This document shows positions 50,992 to 63,607 of a stretch of DNA of 64,000 bases, piece after piece. Below the pieces are notes generated by a model, which was not told the origin of the DNA, did no database searches, and worked only from the letters and a program-made list of their open reading frames with translations. The DNA comes from Vicinamibacterales bacterium. Its GTDB lineage: Bacteria; Acidobacteriota; Vicinamibacteria; Vicinamibacterales; CAZQMT01. Made by a program: the position numbers and the translations under genes. The DNA is taken from positions 1,132,042 through 1,196,041 of the forward strand of contig CBDAOD010000003.1 in the NCBI GenBank assembly GCA_965197935.1. Direction: 5' to 3'. Every line of letters begins with the position of its first letter. Position 1 is the first letter of the stretch.

Positions 50992-52494
50992 CTCGGCTCC
51001 TTTCTCTCGTGGGTTGATGGCCGTTTTGCTTAACGTCATCAAACCACAGGGTGTGGGAGCCGTTTCAATTTCCAACTAAGTTTCGCTCACCCTCGGGTCG
51101 AGAGCACGAGGTGGCCCGTCAAGGCCGCCTTGACGGCGATCTCGGCCGTTTCGAAGTCCCGAATCTCCCCCACCAGAATGATGTTGGGATCCTGCCGGAG
51201 GAACGACCGCAGGGCCGCCGCAAAGTTCAGGCCAATCGCTTCCCGTACCTGCACCTGATTGACACCCGGCAAGTTGAACTCGACCGGATCCTCGGCCGTC
51301 ATGATGTTGGTCTGCGGTGTATTGATGCGAGCCATGGACGAGTAGAGCGTGTTGGTCTTCCCGCTGCCGGTCGGACCCGTGACGAGCACCATCCCCCACG
51401 GACGCTCGATGGCCGCCTCGTAGACGGCGAGCGATTCCCGCTCGAAGCCCAGGCCGGTCATGTCCAGCATGAGCTTGTCCCGGTCCAGCAGGCGCAACAC
51501 GATCTTCTCGCCGAACAGCGTCGGCAGGCACGACACACGGAAGTCGATCTCCTTCGAACGCCCCTTGTCGTTGAACCGGATCTTGATGCGCCCATCCTGG
51601 GGCAAGCGCTTCTCCGCGATGTCCAGCTTCGCCATGATCTTGAGCCGCGATGCGATCGCATCGCGCAAGCTCAGGGACGGCTCCATCACCTGATAGAGGA
51701 TCCCGTCCACCCGAAACCGCACGCGCAGCTCGCGTTCGTATGGCTCGATGTGGATGTCGCTGGCGCCCTTCTGGATCGCGGACATCAGAATCAGGTGCAC
51801 CAGCCGAACGACCGGGGCCTCGTTCCCCTGCTTCTCCAGCGTGGCGACGTCGAGCTCCGCCAAATCCTCGAGCTCTTCCACCTCGTCCGCCGGCGGCATG
51901 TCCTCGAGCGCCCTGGTGGCGATCTCGAGCGTGCTGGCGTGTTCCTTTTGCTGGGCGACGCCGTAGTAGGTCTCGATGGCAGCGAGAATCGCGCTCTCCG
52001 GCGATACGACCGGCTCGACGTTGTACCCCGTCATGAACTTGATGTCGTCCATGGCGAACACGTTCGTCGGGTCCGTGATCGCGATCGTCAGCGTCCAGCC
52101 GACACGGCTGAGCGGCACGAACCGATACCGCATCGCGGTCTCGGCCGAGACGACCTTGATGACCTCCGCGTCGATCTCGAACAGCGACAGATTGATCGAC
52201 GGGACACCGTAGTGCCGGCTCAGCACGGCCGCGATCTCGTCGTCGGTGACGCATCCGAGACTCACGAGGCTGGCGTCGAGCGTGCCCCCCTTGGATCGCT
52301 GATGCTCGCTCGCGTCCTCGAGCTGCGCCGCGGTGACCCGACCCTCCTTGAGCAGGAGATCGCCGATCTCTACGACCATCGTCCGGGGGAAGACCTCAGC
52401 AGTCCGTGATGAAAGTCCGGCGTCGCACCGGTGCGGCGCGCCGCAGGCAAGGCGCGAGGAGGAAGAATGAGGGTGCGCGGAGGAAGGATGTCCG

Positions 52495-53580
52495 CTAGAA
52501 CTGGACGCTGGCCGCGAGGCCCCAGCCCCGGTCGGCGCCCTCGGGGCCCCGGGTGACCTGTCCCGCGATGGCTACACGTGACCAGGCCCGCATGCTGAGG
52601 CCGCCCGCCGCCACGACCCGGGCCGCGTCGATGGTGTTCGCCCGAAGTCCGCCCCGGACCGCCACCCGTCTGTCTAGCCACCATCGTTCGGCTCCGATCG
52701 CGATATTGCGCCGCTCGCCGACGGCGGTGACGCTCCGGCTCAGATCGACATCGCAGGCGATCGTCAGCCGGTCATCCGCCATCACGGCCACACCGGCGCG
52801 CACGAGCCGTTTCGGCCCAAGCTGGACGCCGGTCGGCGTCTCGAACACGGGCTCCCGGAGGTTCCGCACGACGAGGCCCCCTCGGAGGCGACCGATCGCC
52901 ACCATGGCACCCGCATCGAGATCGAACGTGCTCCGAGACCGCCGTTCGAGTCGGCCCAACTGGCCCAGCTCGTCCGAGAGATCCTGCACGTCCGGGCGGT
53001 CCTCCAGGCCGGCGGAGCCCCTGACGAATCGGAAGGTGGCTCCGACCGCGACACCCTGCGCCAGCGACTGCACCATGCTCACGCCTGCATGGTTCGTCAC
53101 GAGCGAGGCCGCCTGGACCACTGGCCCTCTCTCCTCTTTTCGGCCAGACCCGGCCTCGGCTCCAACGTCCTGGTGCGGGAGAAGCTCACGCGAGCTCAGC
53201 TGGTAGTAGGTAAGGCCCAGCGGTGGCGTCCCGAGCGCGATGATCGTGGCGCCGGCACGATAGCCACCCTGGGTGGGGTCGTCCGGGGGGGAGGTCGCCT
53301 CGGTCGTCTGGCGTTCACCCAGGAGGGTGAAGAAGGGTCCGGTCGCCAACCCGGCGGGGTTCCAGTAGACCGCCGTGGCATCGTCGGCCACGGCCACGAA
53401 CGCTCCCGCCATGCCCAGGGCCCGCACGCCCACGGTCTCGAAGCTCTGGCCCCGGGCAGGCACCGACGACACGAGGCAGAGCGCGACCGGAATCAGGGCG
53501 ACGACGAGAACGGCAGGCCGGCGCGGGCCGGCTGGAGCCACCACCTCGGCGGCGCGGGAAGGGGCGGAGAAGCCGCACAC
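52495..53580 (-). CDS. Putative outer-membrane beta-barrel protein, unknown function
   Basis: Signal-like N-terminus, GVRALGMAGAFVAVADDATAVYWNPAGLA motif, alternating beta-strand pattern, and terminal ...GWGLAASVQF (C-terminal Phe). Confidence 0.55.
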   Translation of the reverse strand: MCGFSAPSRAAEVVAPAGPRRPAVLVVALIPVALCLVSSVPARGQSFETVGVRALGMAGAFVAVADDATAVYWNPAGLATGPFFTLLGERQTTEATSPPDDPTQGGYRAGATIIALGTPPLGLTYYQLSSRELLPHQDVGAEAGSGRKEERGPVVQAASLVTNHAGVSMVQSLAQGVAVGATFRFVRGSAGLEDRPDVQDLSDELGQLGRLERRSRSTFDLDAGAMVAIGRLRGGLVVRNLREPVFETPTGVQLGPKRLVRAGVAVMADDRLTIACDVDLSRSVTAVGERRNIAIGAERWWLDRRVAVRGGLRANTIDAARVVAAGGLSMRAWSRVAIAGQVTRGPEGADRGWGLAASVQF

Positions 53581-53677
53581 ATCGGCACCTCGGACGCGGC
53601 GTCACCGGCCGGGTGACGGGCGGCATTCAGGGCAGGACCGGAACACGAGCAGCGGCGGGCCGAGACGGCCCTTGCGC

Positions 53678-54229
53678 CTACCGGACGATGACCGCCGCCG
53701 CGATCACGGTCGTCCACAGCCCCTTCTTGTCGCCGACCGCGGTCTGGGTCACGTTCTGGGTGCGGACGATCCGGTCGGACAGCCGGTAGACCTCCTTCTT
53801 CTCGTCCCAGCTCGTATCCGGATCGAAGTCGAGACCCAGCGTCGTCGCGAGCATCTCGGCGGCCAGGTCCTCGGCGTAGTCCCCTGCCGTCTTCTCGTTC
53901 TCACCGAAGCTGTGATGCTCCGAGAGATAGCCGTAGAGCTTGGAGTCGCGCGGGATCGCGACGCCAACGGTCGCCGCAACCAATCGATGGGGCTCCCGGG
54001 TGGCGGCCTCGGACATCACGACGAAGGTGACCTGTCCGTCCTTCAGCCGCCGCACGCCCTCTCCCCTGGAGACGATGCGGCAGCCCGGGGGAAAGATGCT
54101 CGACACACGCACGAGGTTGCAGGCGGCAATTCCCGCGGCCCGCAGCGCGAGCTCGAAGGACGTCAGCTTCTCTCGGTGCTTGCCGACGCCCTTCGTGAAG
54201 AAGAGCTCTTTCGGAACGAAGCCCGCCAC
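53678..54229 (-). CDS. pdaD: Pyruvoyl-dependent arginine decarboxylase
   Basis: VPKELFFTKGVGKHREKLTSFELALRAAGIAACNLVRVSSIFPPGC is the PvlArgDC signature, including the self-cleavage Ser-Ser region. GTG 54229 follows AGGAG. Confidence 0.85.
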   Translation of the reverse strand: MAGFVPKELFFTKGVGKHREKLTSFELALRAAGIAACNLVRVSSIFPPGCRIVSRGEGVRRLKDGQVTFVVMSEAATREPHRLVAATVGVAIPRDSKLYGYLSEHHSFGENEKTAGDYAEDLAAEMLATTLGLDFDPDTSWDEKKEVYRLSDRIVRTQNVTQTAVGDKKGLWTTVIAAAVIVR

Positions 54230-54505
54230 AACATGCTCCTCGCACGACTGAAACTCCAGATGCCAGACGACACCGAACCGACGTGCATCCTAAGCAACAT
54301 CGGCTCCGCTGTCAACAATCCTCGCCCGACTCCTGGCATGACTCCGTCGAATCGGTCCGCAGTGGCGCGACGCGGGTCCGACGCGACCGGCGAGCGCCTT
54401 GGGAGTGACACAGGCAGCCCACTCCTGGTGCCCCGAATCAGGTAGAATTGTGGCTTTGGACAGGCGGTAAGTGGCGTTGCGAATCCGGTAGGAGGAGACT
54501 GGCTC

Positions 54506-56605
54506 ATGAAGGTGTATGAGACGGAGAGCATTCGGAACGTGGCTGTGGTCGGGCACGGGGGGGCGGGCAAGACTCAGCTCACCGCGGCCATTCTGTTCGA
54601 TGCCGGAATGGTGAATCGTCTGGGCCGGGTCGACGACGGAACGACCGCGACCGATTTCGACGAGGAGGAGATCGCCCGCCACCACACCCTGTCGGCCAGC
54701 CTCGCCTACGCCGAGTGGCGCAAGCACAAGATCAATCTGATAGACACGCCCGGGTTTGCCAACTTTCTCAGCGACGCCCGCGCCGCTCTTCGCGTCTGCG
54801 ACACTGCCCTGGTCGTGGTCGACGCCGTGGCCGGCGTGGAGGTTCAGACCGAGAAGGTCTGGTCGACCGCGGAGGAACTCGAGCTGCCGAGAATCGTCGT
54901 GCTCAACAGGTTGGACCGCGAACGCGCCAGCCTGGAGCGCTCGCTCGAGTCCCTGCAGGCCGTGTTCGGACGAACGGTGATCCCGGTCCAGCTACCCATC
55001 GGAGACGAAAAGGCCTTCCACGGCGTGATCGACCTGGTGGGCATGAAAGCAATCACGTTCGAGTCGGACGGCACCGGCACACTCACCGAAGCGGAGATTC
55101 CGGAAGACCTCAAGGCGAGCGCGGAGGCGGCCCGCGAGGCGCTGGTCGAGATGGTCGCAGAAGCCGATGAGGCCCTGCTGGAGAAGTTCTTCGAGGCCGG
55201 AACGCTGACACAAACCGATCTCGTGGCAGGACTGCGGACGGCCACGATCGAGCGGAGGATCTTTCCGTTGTTCTGCACGTCGGCGCTCCTGAATATGGGC
55301 GTCCAGCCGCTGCTCGACGGTCTCACTGCGCTGGCGCCTTCCCCGGCCGAGCGGGTGCTCAAGGCCACCAAGCCCGGAAGCGAGGAGGTCGTGGAATGTC
55401 AGGCCTCTCCGGACGCGCCCCTCGTCAGCTTCGTCTGGAAGACGATCGCCGATCCCTTCGCTGGCCGGATCACGCTCTTCCGTGTCGTCTCGGGCACGCT
55501 CAAGGCCGACGGCACCGTGACCAACCTGACCAAGGGCTCGACCGAGCGCATGGGAAGCCTGCTGCTCTTGCAGGGAAAGACTCAAACGGGCGTACCCGAG
55601 CTACGCGCGGGCGACCTCGGCGCGGTGGCCAAGCTGAAGGATACGCAGACCTCCAACACCCTCGCCGACAAGGGCGCGGAGGCCGTCCTCCCACCGATCA
55701 AGTTCGCCGAGCCGGTCCTCGCGTACGCGATCGAGCCGAAGAGCCGTGGTGACGAAGAGAAGATCAGCACCTCGCTGCACCGCCTCCGGGAGGAGGATCC
55801 GACCATTCGATACAGTCGCGACGCCCAGACCAACGAGCTCCTTCTCTCGGGTCAGGGTCAGCTACACATCGAGGTGACCGTCGCCAAGCTCAAGCGGCGC
55901 TTCGGTGTCGAGGTGAACTTGAAGCTCCCGCGCGTGCCGTATCGAGAGACGATCACGGCGGCCGCCGAGGCGCACGGGCGGCACAAGAAACAGACCGGTG
56001 GCCACGGACAGTTCGGCGACTGCAAGATCCGCCTGGAGCCGCTGCCTCGCGGCGCCGAGTTCGAGTTCGTGGACGATATCTTCGGTGGGGCGATCCCGAG
56101 GCAGTTCATCCCCGCGGTCGAGAAGGGGATCCAGGATGCTCGCCGCCGGGGCTACGTGGCTGGCTATCCCGTCGTAGATTTCCGCGTGACCCTCTTCGAC
56201 GGATCATTCCACCAGGTGGATTCGAACGAGCTGTCGTTCAAGATGGCCGGGTCGCTGGCTTTCAAGGATGGCATGTCGCGCGCGCGCCCGACACTTCTGG
56301 AGCCGGTGATGACGGTCGAGGTCTACGCCCCGAACGACTTCGCCGGTGACCTGATGGGGGATCTCAACGGCCGGCGCGGGCGGATCGCCGGGATGGAGAC
56401 ACGTGGCGCCACGACCATTATCAAGGCCCAGGTCCCCATGGCCGAGATGCTCACCTACGAGCAGCATCTGACATCGGTGACAGGCGGCCGTGGCTCCTAT
56501 CACATGGAGTACTCGCACTTCGAGGAAGTGCCAGTGCACCTGCGATCGAAGATCGTCGCTGCGGCCAAGGCGGAGCGCGGCGAGGCGGCGGAGACCAACG
56601 GGTAG
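54506..56605 (+). CDS. Elongation factor G paralogue (EF-G2-like translational GTPase)
   Basis: RBS GGAGGAG. G1 VVGHGGAGKT, DTPG and NRLD motifs, and full five-domain length (699 aa). Confidence 0.85.
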   Translation: MKVYETESIRNVAVVGHGGAGKTQLTAAILFDAGMVNRLGRVDDGTTATDFDEEEIARHHTLSASLAYAEWRKHKINLIDTPGFANFLSDARAALRVCDTALVVVDAVAGVEVQTEKVWSTAEELELPRIVVLNRLDRERASLERSLESLQAVFGRTVIPVQLPIGDEKAFHGVIDLVGMKAITFESDGTGTLTEAEIPEDLKASAEAAREALVEMVAEADEALLEKFFEAGTLTQTDLVAGLRTATIERRIFPLFCTSALLNMGVQPLLDGLTALAPSPAERVLKATKPGSEEVVECQASPDAPLVSFVWKTIADPFAGRITLFRVVSGTLKADGTVTNLTKGSTERMGSLLLLQGKTQTGVPELRAGDLGAVAKLKDTQTSNTLADKGAEAVLPPIKFAEPVLAYAIEPKSRGDEEKISTSLHRLREEDPTIRYSRDAQTNELLLSGQGQLHIEVTVAKLKRRFGVEVNLKLPRVPYRETITAAAEAHGRHKKQTGGHGQFGDCKIRLEPLPRGAEFEFVDDIFGGAIPRQFIPAVEKGIQDARRRGYVAGYPVVDFRVTLFDGSFHQVDSNELSFKMAGSLAFKDGMSRARPTLLEPVMTVEVYAPNDFAGDLMGDLNGRRGRIAGMETRGATTIIKAQVPMAEMLTYEQHLTSVTGGRGSYHMEYSHFEEVPVHLRSKIVAAAKAERGEAAETNG

Positions 56606-56628
56606 CGGACGAGCGCGAGGCGACTCCG

Positions 56629-57282
56629 CTACTTCGACTTCTTCGGTGCGGCCTTCCTCGCCGACTTCTTCGCCCCCGGCTTGCTCGAGGGTTTCTTCGC
56701 CGCGCCGGCTCGAGCACCGCCCCGCTTCTCCTGCTGGGTCTCGCTCTCGTCGGCCTTGGCCTCCGGCGCTTTCTTCCCGCGAATCCGGCTGGCGGCCGCA
56801 CGCAGCCGACCACCCACACCCTGGTCCGCGGCCTTCGTCGCGGTGTCCGACCCCGCCGCATCACCCTTGACGGCGTCTTTCGCGTCACCCCGGGCCGAGA
56901 ACTCGCTGCCCACGAGCTCCACCTGGGCCATCTCCGCACTGTCGCCGCGCCGGTAGCCGATGCGGAATAGCCGCGTGTACCCGCCCGGTCGGGAGGCGAA
57001 ACGGGGTGCAATCGAGTCGAACAGCTTGCTCACCACGGCCTTGTCCGGGATATCCCGGAGCACGATCCGGCGGGCGTGGAGGGCCGAGCCGTTCCCCTCG
57101 ACCGCCAAGCTCCGCTTGGCGATCGTGATCAGGCGCTCGACGAAGGGTCTTAGCTCCTTGGCCTTGGGAACCGTGGTCGCGATTCGCTCGTGGCGGAGCA
57201 AGGCCAGCGCCTGATTCCGCAACAACGCGATCCGGTGCTCCGTGACCCGGCCAAGCTTCCGGTGTGCGACTCGATGACGCAT
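56629..57282 (-). CDS. rplQ: 50S ribosomal protein L17 with Lys/Ala-rich C-terminal extension
   Basis: [37 protein letters not shown]... followed by a ~90-aa basic tail. Confidence 0.95.
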   Translation of the reverse strand: MRHRVAHRKLGRVTEHRIALLRNQALALLRHERIATTVPKAKELRPFVERLITIAKRSLAVEGNGSALHARRIVLRDIPDKAVVSKLFDSIAPRFASRPGGYTRLFRIGYRRGDSAEMAQVELVGSEFSARGDAKDAVKGDAAGSDTATKAADQGVGGRLRAAASRIRGKKAPEAKADESETQQEKRGGARAGAAKKPSSKPGAKKSARKAAPKKSK

Positions 57283-57333
57283 GTGTCTTCCTCGAACTTC
57301 ACTCGAACCTCACCGCACGACGGGCGGTGCCGC

Positions 57334-58323
57334 TCACTCCTGCGACGTCTGGGCGGCCGGCTGATCCAGACGCATGCCGAGCCCGAGCCCCATGCTGGTG
57401 AGAATCTCCTTGATCTCGTTCAGCGACTTGCGGCCGAAGTTCTTCGTCTTCAGCATGTCGGCTTCGGTCTTGTGGACCAGCTCACGAATCGTCGTGATGT
57501 TCGCATTCTTCAGGCAGTTGTACGATCTCACCGAGAGCTCGAGCTCCTCGACGCTCTTGTCGAGATTCTCGTTGAGCACCGCCCCTGGCTGTTCGGCCGT
57601 GGACTCCGCCTGCAGCTCGGCCGACTCCTCGAGGTTGATGAAGATGCTCAGGTGATCCCGGATCAGCTTCGCACCGAGCGAGACCGCGTCGCGCGGACTG
57701 ATCGAACCGTTGGTCCAGATGTCGACTGTCAGCTTCTCGTAATCGGTCGTCTGGCCAAGACGCGCGGCCTCCACCAGGTAGTTGACCTTCTTGATGGGCG
57801 CATGAACCGAGTCGACGGGAATCCATCCGATTCCCAGATCTTCGTCGAAGTTCTTGTCCGCCGACACGTAACCGCGACCGCGCTTCACGCGCATCTCCAT
57901 CTGCAGGCTACCGCCCTCGGCAACCGTGGCGACGTGAGCGTCTGGCTCGAGGATCTCCACGTCGGCGTCGGTCTCGATGTCTCTCGCCTTGATCTCGCCG
58001 GCCTTCCCCGCACGCACGTACAGCGTCTTGGTCTGGTCGACATACGACTTGAGCGGAATCTGCTTCAGGTTCAGGATGATGTCCGTCGCATCCTCCACGA
58101 CCCCGGAAATTGGCGAAAACTCGTGCAGCACACCCTCGATCTTGACCGCGGTGACTGCCGCTCCCTCGATCGACGACAGCAGCACGCGCCGCAGCGCGTT
58201 GCCGATCGTGGTGCCAAAACCACGCTCGAAAGGCTGCGCATAACAGCGCCCGAACCGATCGGTCGAGGTCTCGCGCTCGAATTCCAGCCGCTTGGGTCGC
58301 TGGAAACCTTTCCAAAGCATCAA
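57334..58323 (-). CDS. rpoA: DNA-directed RNA polymerase alpha subunit
   Basis: Full-length NTD and CTD (…[23 protein letters not shown]...). Confidence 0.95.
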   Translation of the reverse strand: MMLWKGFQRPKRLEFERETSTDRFGRCYAQPFERGFGTTIGNALRRVLLSSIEGAAVTAVKIEGVLHEFSPISGVVEDATDIILNLKQIPLKSYVDQTKTLYVRAGKAGEIKARDIETDADVEILEPDAHVATVAEGGSLQMEMRVKRGRGYVSADKNFDEDLGIGWIPVDSVHAPIKKVNYLVEAARLGQTTDYEKLTVDIWTNGSISPRDAVSLGAKLIRDHLSIFINLEESAELQAESTAEQPGAVLNENLDKSVEELELSVRSYNCLKNANITTIRELVHKTEADMLKTKNFGRKSLNEIKEILTSMGLGLGMRLDQPAAQTSQE

Positions 58324-58372
58324 CTCAATCCTTTCAGCATTCGACCTCTGGCCTCGGCCAGGGGCTTCCGCG

Positions 58373-59002
58373 CTACTTCGAGTACAGCTCGACGATCAGC
58401 TGCTCCTGCACGGGCAGGTTGATCTGCTCCCGGGTCGGCAGAGACACCACCCGACCAGACGTCCTCTCGACATCGAAAGCCAGCCAGTCCGGAATCCCAC
58501 GCCCCTTGACCTCTTCCATCGCATGCGCGATCGACTGGCTCTTGAGGCTCGATTGCCGCACGCTCACGACGTCGCCAGCACGCACCGAGTACGATGGGAT
58601 ATCGACCTTCCGCTCGTTCACGAGCAGGTGTCCGTGCCGAACGAGCAGACGCCCCTGGGAACGTGAGGTCGCCAGACCCAGGCGGTACGCCACGTTGTCC
58701 AGGCGGCGCTCGAGTAGCTGCAGCAGGGTCTCGCCCGTGATCCCGCGCTGCCGCTCGGCGGCCTCGAAGTAGCGACGAAACTGGTTCTCGAGCACGCCGT
58801 AGATGCGCTTCACCTTCTGTTTCTCACGCAACTGCAGGCCGTACCCGAGCAGCTTCGCCCTCCGGGTCTTGCCGTGCTGACCCGGTGGGACATTCCGCTT
58901 CTCGATGGCGCACTTCTCGGTATAGCAGCGCTCACCCTTGAGAAAGAGCTTCATCCCCTCGCGTCGGCAGAGCCGACAGACGGGCCCGATGTATCTAGCC
59001 AT
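58373..59002 (-). CDS. rpsD: 30S ribosomal protein S4
   Basis: [26 protein letters not shown]... Confidence 0.95.
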   Translation of the reverse strand: MARYIGPVCRLCRREGMKLFLKGERCYTEKCAIEKRNVPPGQHGKTRRAKLLGYGLQLREKQKVKRIYGVLENQFRRYFEAAERQRGITGETLLQLLERRLDNVAYRLGLATSRSQGRLLVRHGHLLVNERKVDIPSYSVRAGDVVSVRQSSLKSQSIAHAMEEVKGRGIPDWLAFDVERTSGRVVSLPTREQINLPVQEQLIVELYSK

Positions 59003-59053
59003 GAATGCGCATCCTCGTCCTTGTTCGCGTTCTTGCTCGCGTCCTCGTCCGCT

Positions 59054-59479
59054 CTACACGCGACGGCGCTTGGCGGGGCGGCATCCGTTGTGGGGAATGG
59101 GCGTCAGGTCCCTGATGGACTTGACATCCAGGCCGACCGTCTGGAGCGCCCGGATGGCCGACTCGCGACCCGAGCCTGGCCCCTTGACACGCACCTCGAG
59201 CGACCGCATGCCGAACGACTTGACGGCGTTACCGACGTTGATGGCCGCCTGCGTCGCCGCGAACGGGGTGCCCTTGCGCGATCCCTTGAACCCGATGCCC
59301 CCGGCACTGGACCAGGCAACGACATTGCCCTCGGCATCCGTGATCGTGATGATCGTGTTGTTGAATGACGCCTGAATGTGCGCGACACCTTGATGGATCA
59401 CGCGCTTCTCGCCACGTTTCTTCTTGAAGGTCTTGCGCCGCGCCGGCTTGCCGGCGCCACTCGCCTCTGACTTGGCCAT
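59054..59479 (-). CDS. rpsK: 30S ribosomal protein S11
   Basis: ...[18 protein letters not shown]...[10 protein letters not shown]... Confidence 0.95.
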   Translation of the reverse strand: MAKSEASGAGKPARRKTFKKKRGEKRVIHQGVAHIQASFNNTIITITDAEGNVVAWSSAGGIGFKGSRKGTPFAATQAAINVGNAVKSFGMRSLEVRVKGPGSGRESAIRALQTVGLDVKSIRDLTPIPHNGCRPAKRRRV

Positions 59480-59482
59480 ACT

Positions 59483-59857
59483 CTACCCCGTCTTCTTCTT
59501 TGCGACGGCGCCCTTGCGGGGCCCCTTCCGGGTACGTGCGTTCGTCTGGGTCCGCTGGCCTCGCACCGGCAGACCCCGACGATGACGCATGCCACGGTAG
59601 CTCCCAATCTCCATCAGGCGCTTGATGTTCATCGAGATCTCTTTGCGCAGATCACCCTCGACCCCGCCCGCGTCCTCGATGACCCGGCTGATCGTGCGTA
59701 CGTTCTCCTCCGACAGGTCCTTGACGCGCAGGTTGGGATCCACGCCGGCGTCGCGCAAGATGTCGTTCGAGCGCTTCCGACCGATTCCGTAGATGTAGGT
59801 CAGCCCGATCTCGATTCGCTTTGGTCTCGGCAGATCCACGCCGGCGATTCGTGCCAT
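59483..59857 (-). CDS. rpsM: 30S ribosomal protein S13
   Basis: [26 protein letters not shown]... Confidence 0.95.
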   Translation of the reverse strand: MARIAGVDLPRPKRIEIGLTYIYGIGRKRSNDILRDAGVDPNLRVKDLSEENVRTISRVIEDAGGVEGDLRKEISMNIKRLMEIGSYRGMRHRRGLPVRGQRTQTNARTRKGPRKGAVAKKKTG

Positions 59858-59867
59858 CTGGTGCTCC

Positions 59868-59981
59868 CTATCCCTGTCGTTGCTTGTGCTTCGGGTTCGG
59901 GCAAATCACCCGCACCACACCCCGTCGTCGAATGATCTTGCACTTGTCGCACATGCGCTTCACGGACGCTCTGACTTTCAT
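59868..59981 (-). CDS. rpmJ: 50S ribosomal protein L36 (not in the ORF track, 37 aa)
   Basis: Translating the minus strand from ATG 59981 gives [37 protein letters not shown], with stop at 59868-59870. Confidence 0.9.
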   Translation of the reverse strand: MKVRASVKRMCDKCKIIRRRGVVRVICPNPKHKQRQG

Positions 59982-60241
59982 GATACATCCTGTCCACTTC
60001 GGTCGGCGACGGAGTCGACGTCGCCGACGCCCGCCCGCCGCACCACCCGTCCGCGTGTCGCGTCCTGCCGCGTCAGTTCGACGAGCACCCGGTCACCGGC
60101 AAGAATTCTGACGAAGTTCCTCTCCGGGCTGCCCGACAGATGCGCGAGGACCCGGCGCCCACCTTCCAGCTCGATGCGAAACAGGGCGTTGGGGAGCCGC
60201 TCGATCACCGTGCCCGGCAGCTCCAGACCGTGCACCGTCAT
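59978..60241 (-). CDS. infA: Translation initiation factor IF-1
   Basis: [28 protein letters not shown]...[14 protein letters not shown]1-like fold. There is a ~15-aa C-terminal extension, and the stop overlaps the rpmJ ATG (ATGA). Confidence 0.85.
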   Translation of the reverse strand: MTVHGLELPGTVIERLPNALFRIELEGGRRVLAHLSGSPERNFVRILAGDRVLVELTRQDATRGRVVRRAGVGDVDSVADRSGQDVS

Positions 60242-61041
60242 CTGCCGAGCATCTCGGCCGGCCGAACCCCACCACCATCGGGCTCGGGGGCTTCGCGAAC
60301 CGTCAAGACCGCCGGCGCGTCGGCGGTCGTCACCACGACCGTGTGCTCGAAGTGCGCCGCGAGGCTGCCATCGCGGGTCACCGCCGTCCAGCCGTCATCG
60401 AGCACCCTGACGCCCGGTCTGCCCATGGTCACCATCGGCTCGATCGCCAGCACCATGCCCTCGGCGAGCCGCGGTCCACGCCCGGGCTCACCGTAGTTCG
60501 GAATCTGGGGCTCCTCGTGGAGCGACGCCCCTATCCCATGCCCGACGAATTCTCGAACCACCGAGAACCCGTGCGCCCCGACGTGGCTCTGCACCGCGTG
60601 CCCCAGATCGGACAACCGCGCCCCGACCCGCACCGTGGCGATTGCCAGGTCCAGCGATTCCTGCGTGACCTTCAGGAGGTCGGCCGTGCGTGGTTCGATG
60701 TGTCCCACGCCCACGGTCACGGCCGAATCCCCGTAGAACCCGTCGAGCAGCACGCCCATGTCCAGCGAGACGATGTCGCCCTCGACCAGCCGGCGGTTGC
60801 TCGGAATACCGTGAACCACCTGTTCGTTGACCGATGCACACAGCGTCGACGGGTATCCGCGGTATCCCTTGAACGCAGAGGCCGCTCCAGCCTGCCGAAT
60901 CATCTCGTCTGCGATGCGATCGAGCGCCTCAGTCGTCACACCTGGCTCGACCGACGCCGCGAGTGCCCCGAGGATCTTGGCGACCAGGGCGTTTGCCGCG
61001 CGCATGCGCTCGATCTCGGCGGCAGACTTGCAAATGATCAT
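60238..61041 (-). CDS. map: Methionine aminopeptidase type I
   Basis: Metal ligands in context ...GDIVSLDMG..., ...HGIG..., ...LAIEPM..., ...AAHFEHTV... Confidence 0.95.
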   Translation of the reverse strand: MIICKSAAEIERMRAANALVAKILGALAASVEPGVTTEALDRIADEMIRQAGAASAFKGYRGYPSTLCASVNEQVVHGIPSNRRLVEGDIVSLDMGVLLDGFYGDSAVTVGVGHIEPRTADLLKVTQESLDLAIATVRVGARLSDLGHAVQSHVGAHGFSVVREFVGHGIGASLHEEPQIPNYGEPGRGPRLAEGMVLAIEPMVTMGRPGVRVLDDGWTAVTRDGSLAAHFEHTVVVTTADAPAVLTVREAPEPDGGGVRPAEMLGR

Positions 61042-61717
61042 CGTCGGCCATTCCCGTGGGGTACCCCGGAGCCGATCGCCGCCTCAGCGACCGACGCGAT
61101 CGCGGTTTTCAGCGCAGCAGCGACCTCGTCAGGCTGCCGATCACCCGCGACTTCACGAAACGTCGGTCGACGGCCGTAGTACTCCACCAGGGGTTGCGTG
61201 CTCCGTGCATAGACTCTCAGCCGTTCGGTGATCACGGCGCGCGCGTCGTCGTTGCGCTGGGTCAATTCTCCCCCGCAACGTCGGCAGCGCACCTCCCGCG
61301 TCGCGCCGGCACCGAGCGCGCCACAGCGCCGGCAGACCCGGCGCCGAAGCAGTCGACGCAACAACTCGTCCTCCGGCACGACCAAATTGACGACCACCAG
61401 CGGATCCCGGCCCGCCATGAGCTCGTCGAGCGCCACGGCCTGCGCGGTCGTTCGTGGGAACCCGTCCAGGACGAACCCGCGCTGTGCGTCGTCATCGGTC
61501 AGCCGCTGCCTGACCAGCCCGATCGCGACCTCATCGCTGACGAGCCGGCCCGCCTCGAGGCTCGCGGCCACCGATCGGCCGACGTCGGAACCCTCGGCCA
61601 CCGCAACCCGAAGAATGTCCCCCGTCGCAATCCGCGGCACCCCTCGCTCGACGGCTACCCGCTCTCCCTGGGTGCCCTTTCCGGCGCCGGGTGGTCCCAG
61701 TATGACGAGATGCAGCT

Positions 61718-61721
<4 letters not shown>
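61038..61721 (-). CDS. adk: Adenylate kinase (Zn-lid type), apparent CTG start
   Basis: The P-loop (L)KLHLVILGPPGAGKGTQ lies upstream of the track ORF start (GTG 61640) in the same frame. No ATG/GTG/TTG lies between it and the preceding in-frame stop. Lid CRRCG...CRRCG. Confidence 0.85.
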
Positions 61722-63106
<1,385 letters not shown>

Positions 63107-63133
63107 GGCGGAACCTCGTTGTGCGGACGCGCC

Positions 63134-63607
63134 TTACCCGGCGTCGGCGACCGCCGCCTGCCCTCCGAGCGTCTCCGTCGCCCCACCCGCCGCCGCGATC
63201 TTCTCGGCAGCCTTGGCACTGAAACGATGGGCGTGGATCGTCAGCGCCTTGTCCACGTCGCCTCGAGCGAGGACCTTCACCCGCAGGCGCTTCCTTCGGA
63301 CCAACCCTCGATCACGCAGGCTCTCCGGCGTGACGACCGCGCCCGCCTCGAACCACTCGGCGATCGTATCGAGGTTCACGACGGCATATTCGACGCGGCA
63401 GGGGTTCGTGAACCCGCGTTTGGGCACACGACGATGCAAGGGCATCTGACCGCCCTCGAATCCGCGTTTGCGTCTGAACCCCGACCGGGACTTCGCGCCC
63501 TTGTGGCCGCGCCCCGCGGTCTTGCCGGTACCCGAACCCGGTCCCCGCCCGATTCGCTTCTTCCGTCCCTTGGCTCCATCGGGTGGACGCAAGTCATTCC
63601 GACTCAT
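63134..63607 (-). CDS. rplO: 50S ribosomal protein L15
   Basis: ...[21 protein letters not shown]... Confidence 0.95.
   Translation of the reverse strand: MSRNDLRPPDGAKGRKKRIGRGPGSGTGKTAGRGHKGAKSRSGFRRKRGFEGGQMPLHRRVPKRGFTNPCRVEYAVVNLDTIAEWFEAGAVVTPESLRDRGLVRRKRLRVKVLARGDVDKALTIHAHRFSAKAAEKIAAAGGATETLGGQAAVADAG

Larger units (their letters stand above)
49507..51094 (-). mobile_element. IS256-family element, copy 2, inserted in pilB and carrying a 158-bp secondary insertion in one terminal IR
   Basis: 8-bp direct repeat GGGTCGAG at 49499-49506 and 51095-51102. Same termini as copy 1. Length without the 158-bp insert is 1430 bp, equal to copy 1 plus its 8-bp deletion. Confidence 0.9.
49053..52379 (-). 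pseudogene. pilB: Type IV pilus assembly ATPase PilB, interrupted by IS256 copy 2
   Basis: The N-terminal part is 51095-52379 (...GPTGSGKTNT...GEIRDFETAEIAVKAALTGHLVLST). The C-terminal part is 49053-49498 ([23 protein letters not shown]...CxxC...CEKC). Removing the IS and one TSD copy rejoins them in frame. Confidence 0.9.
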
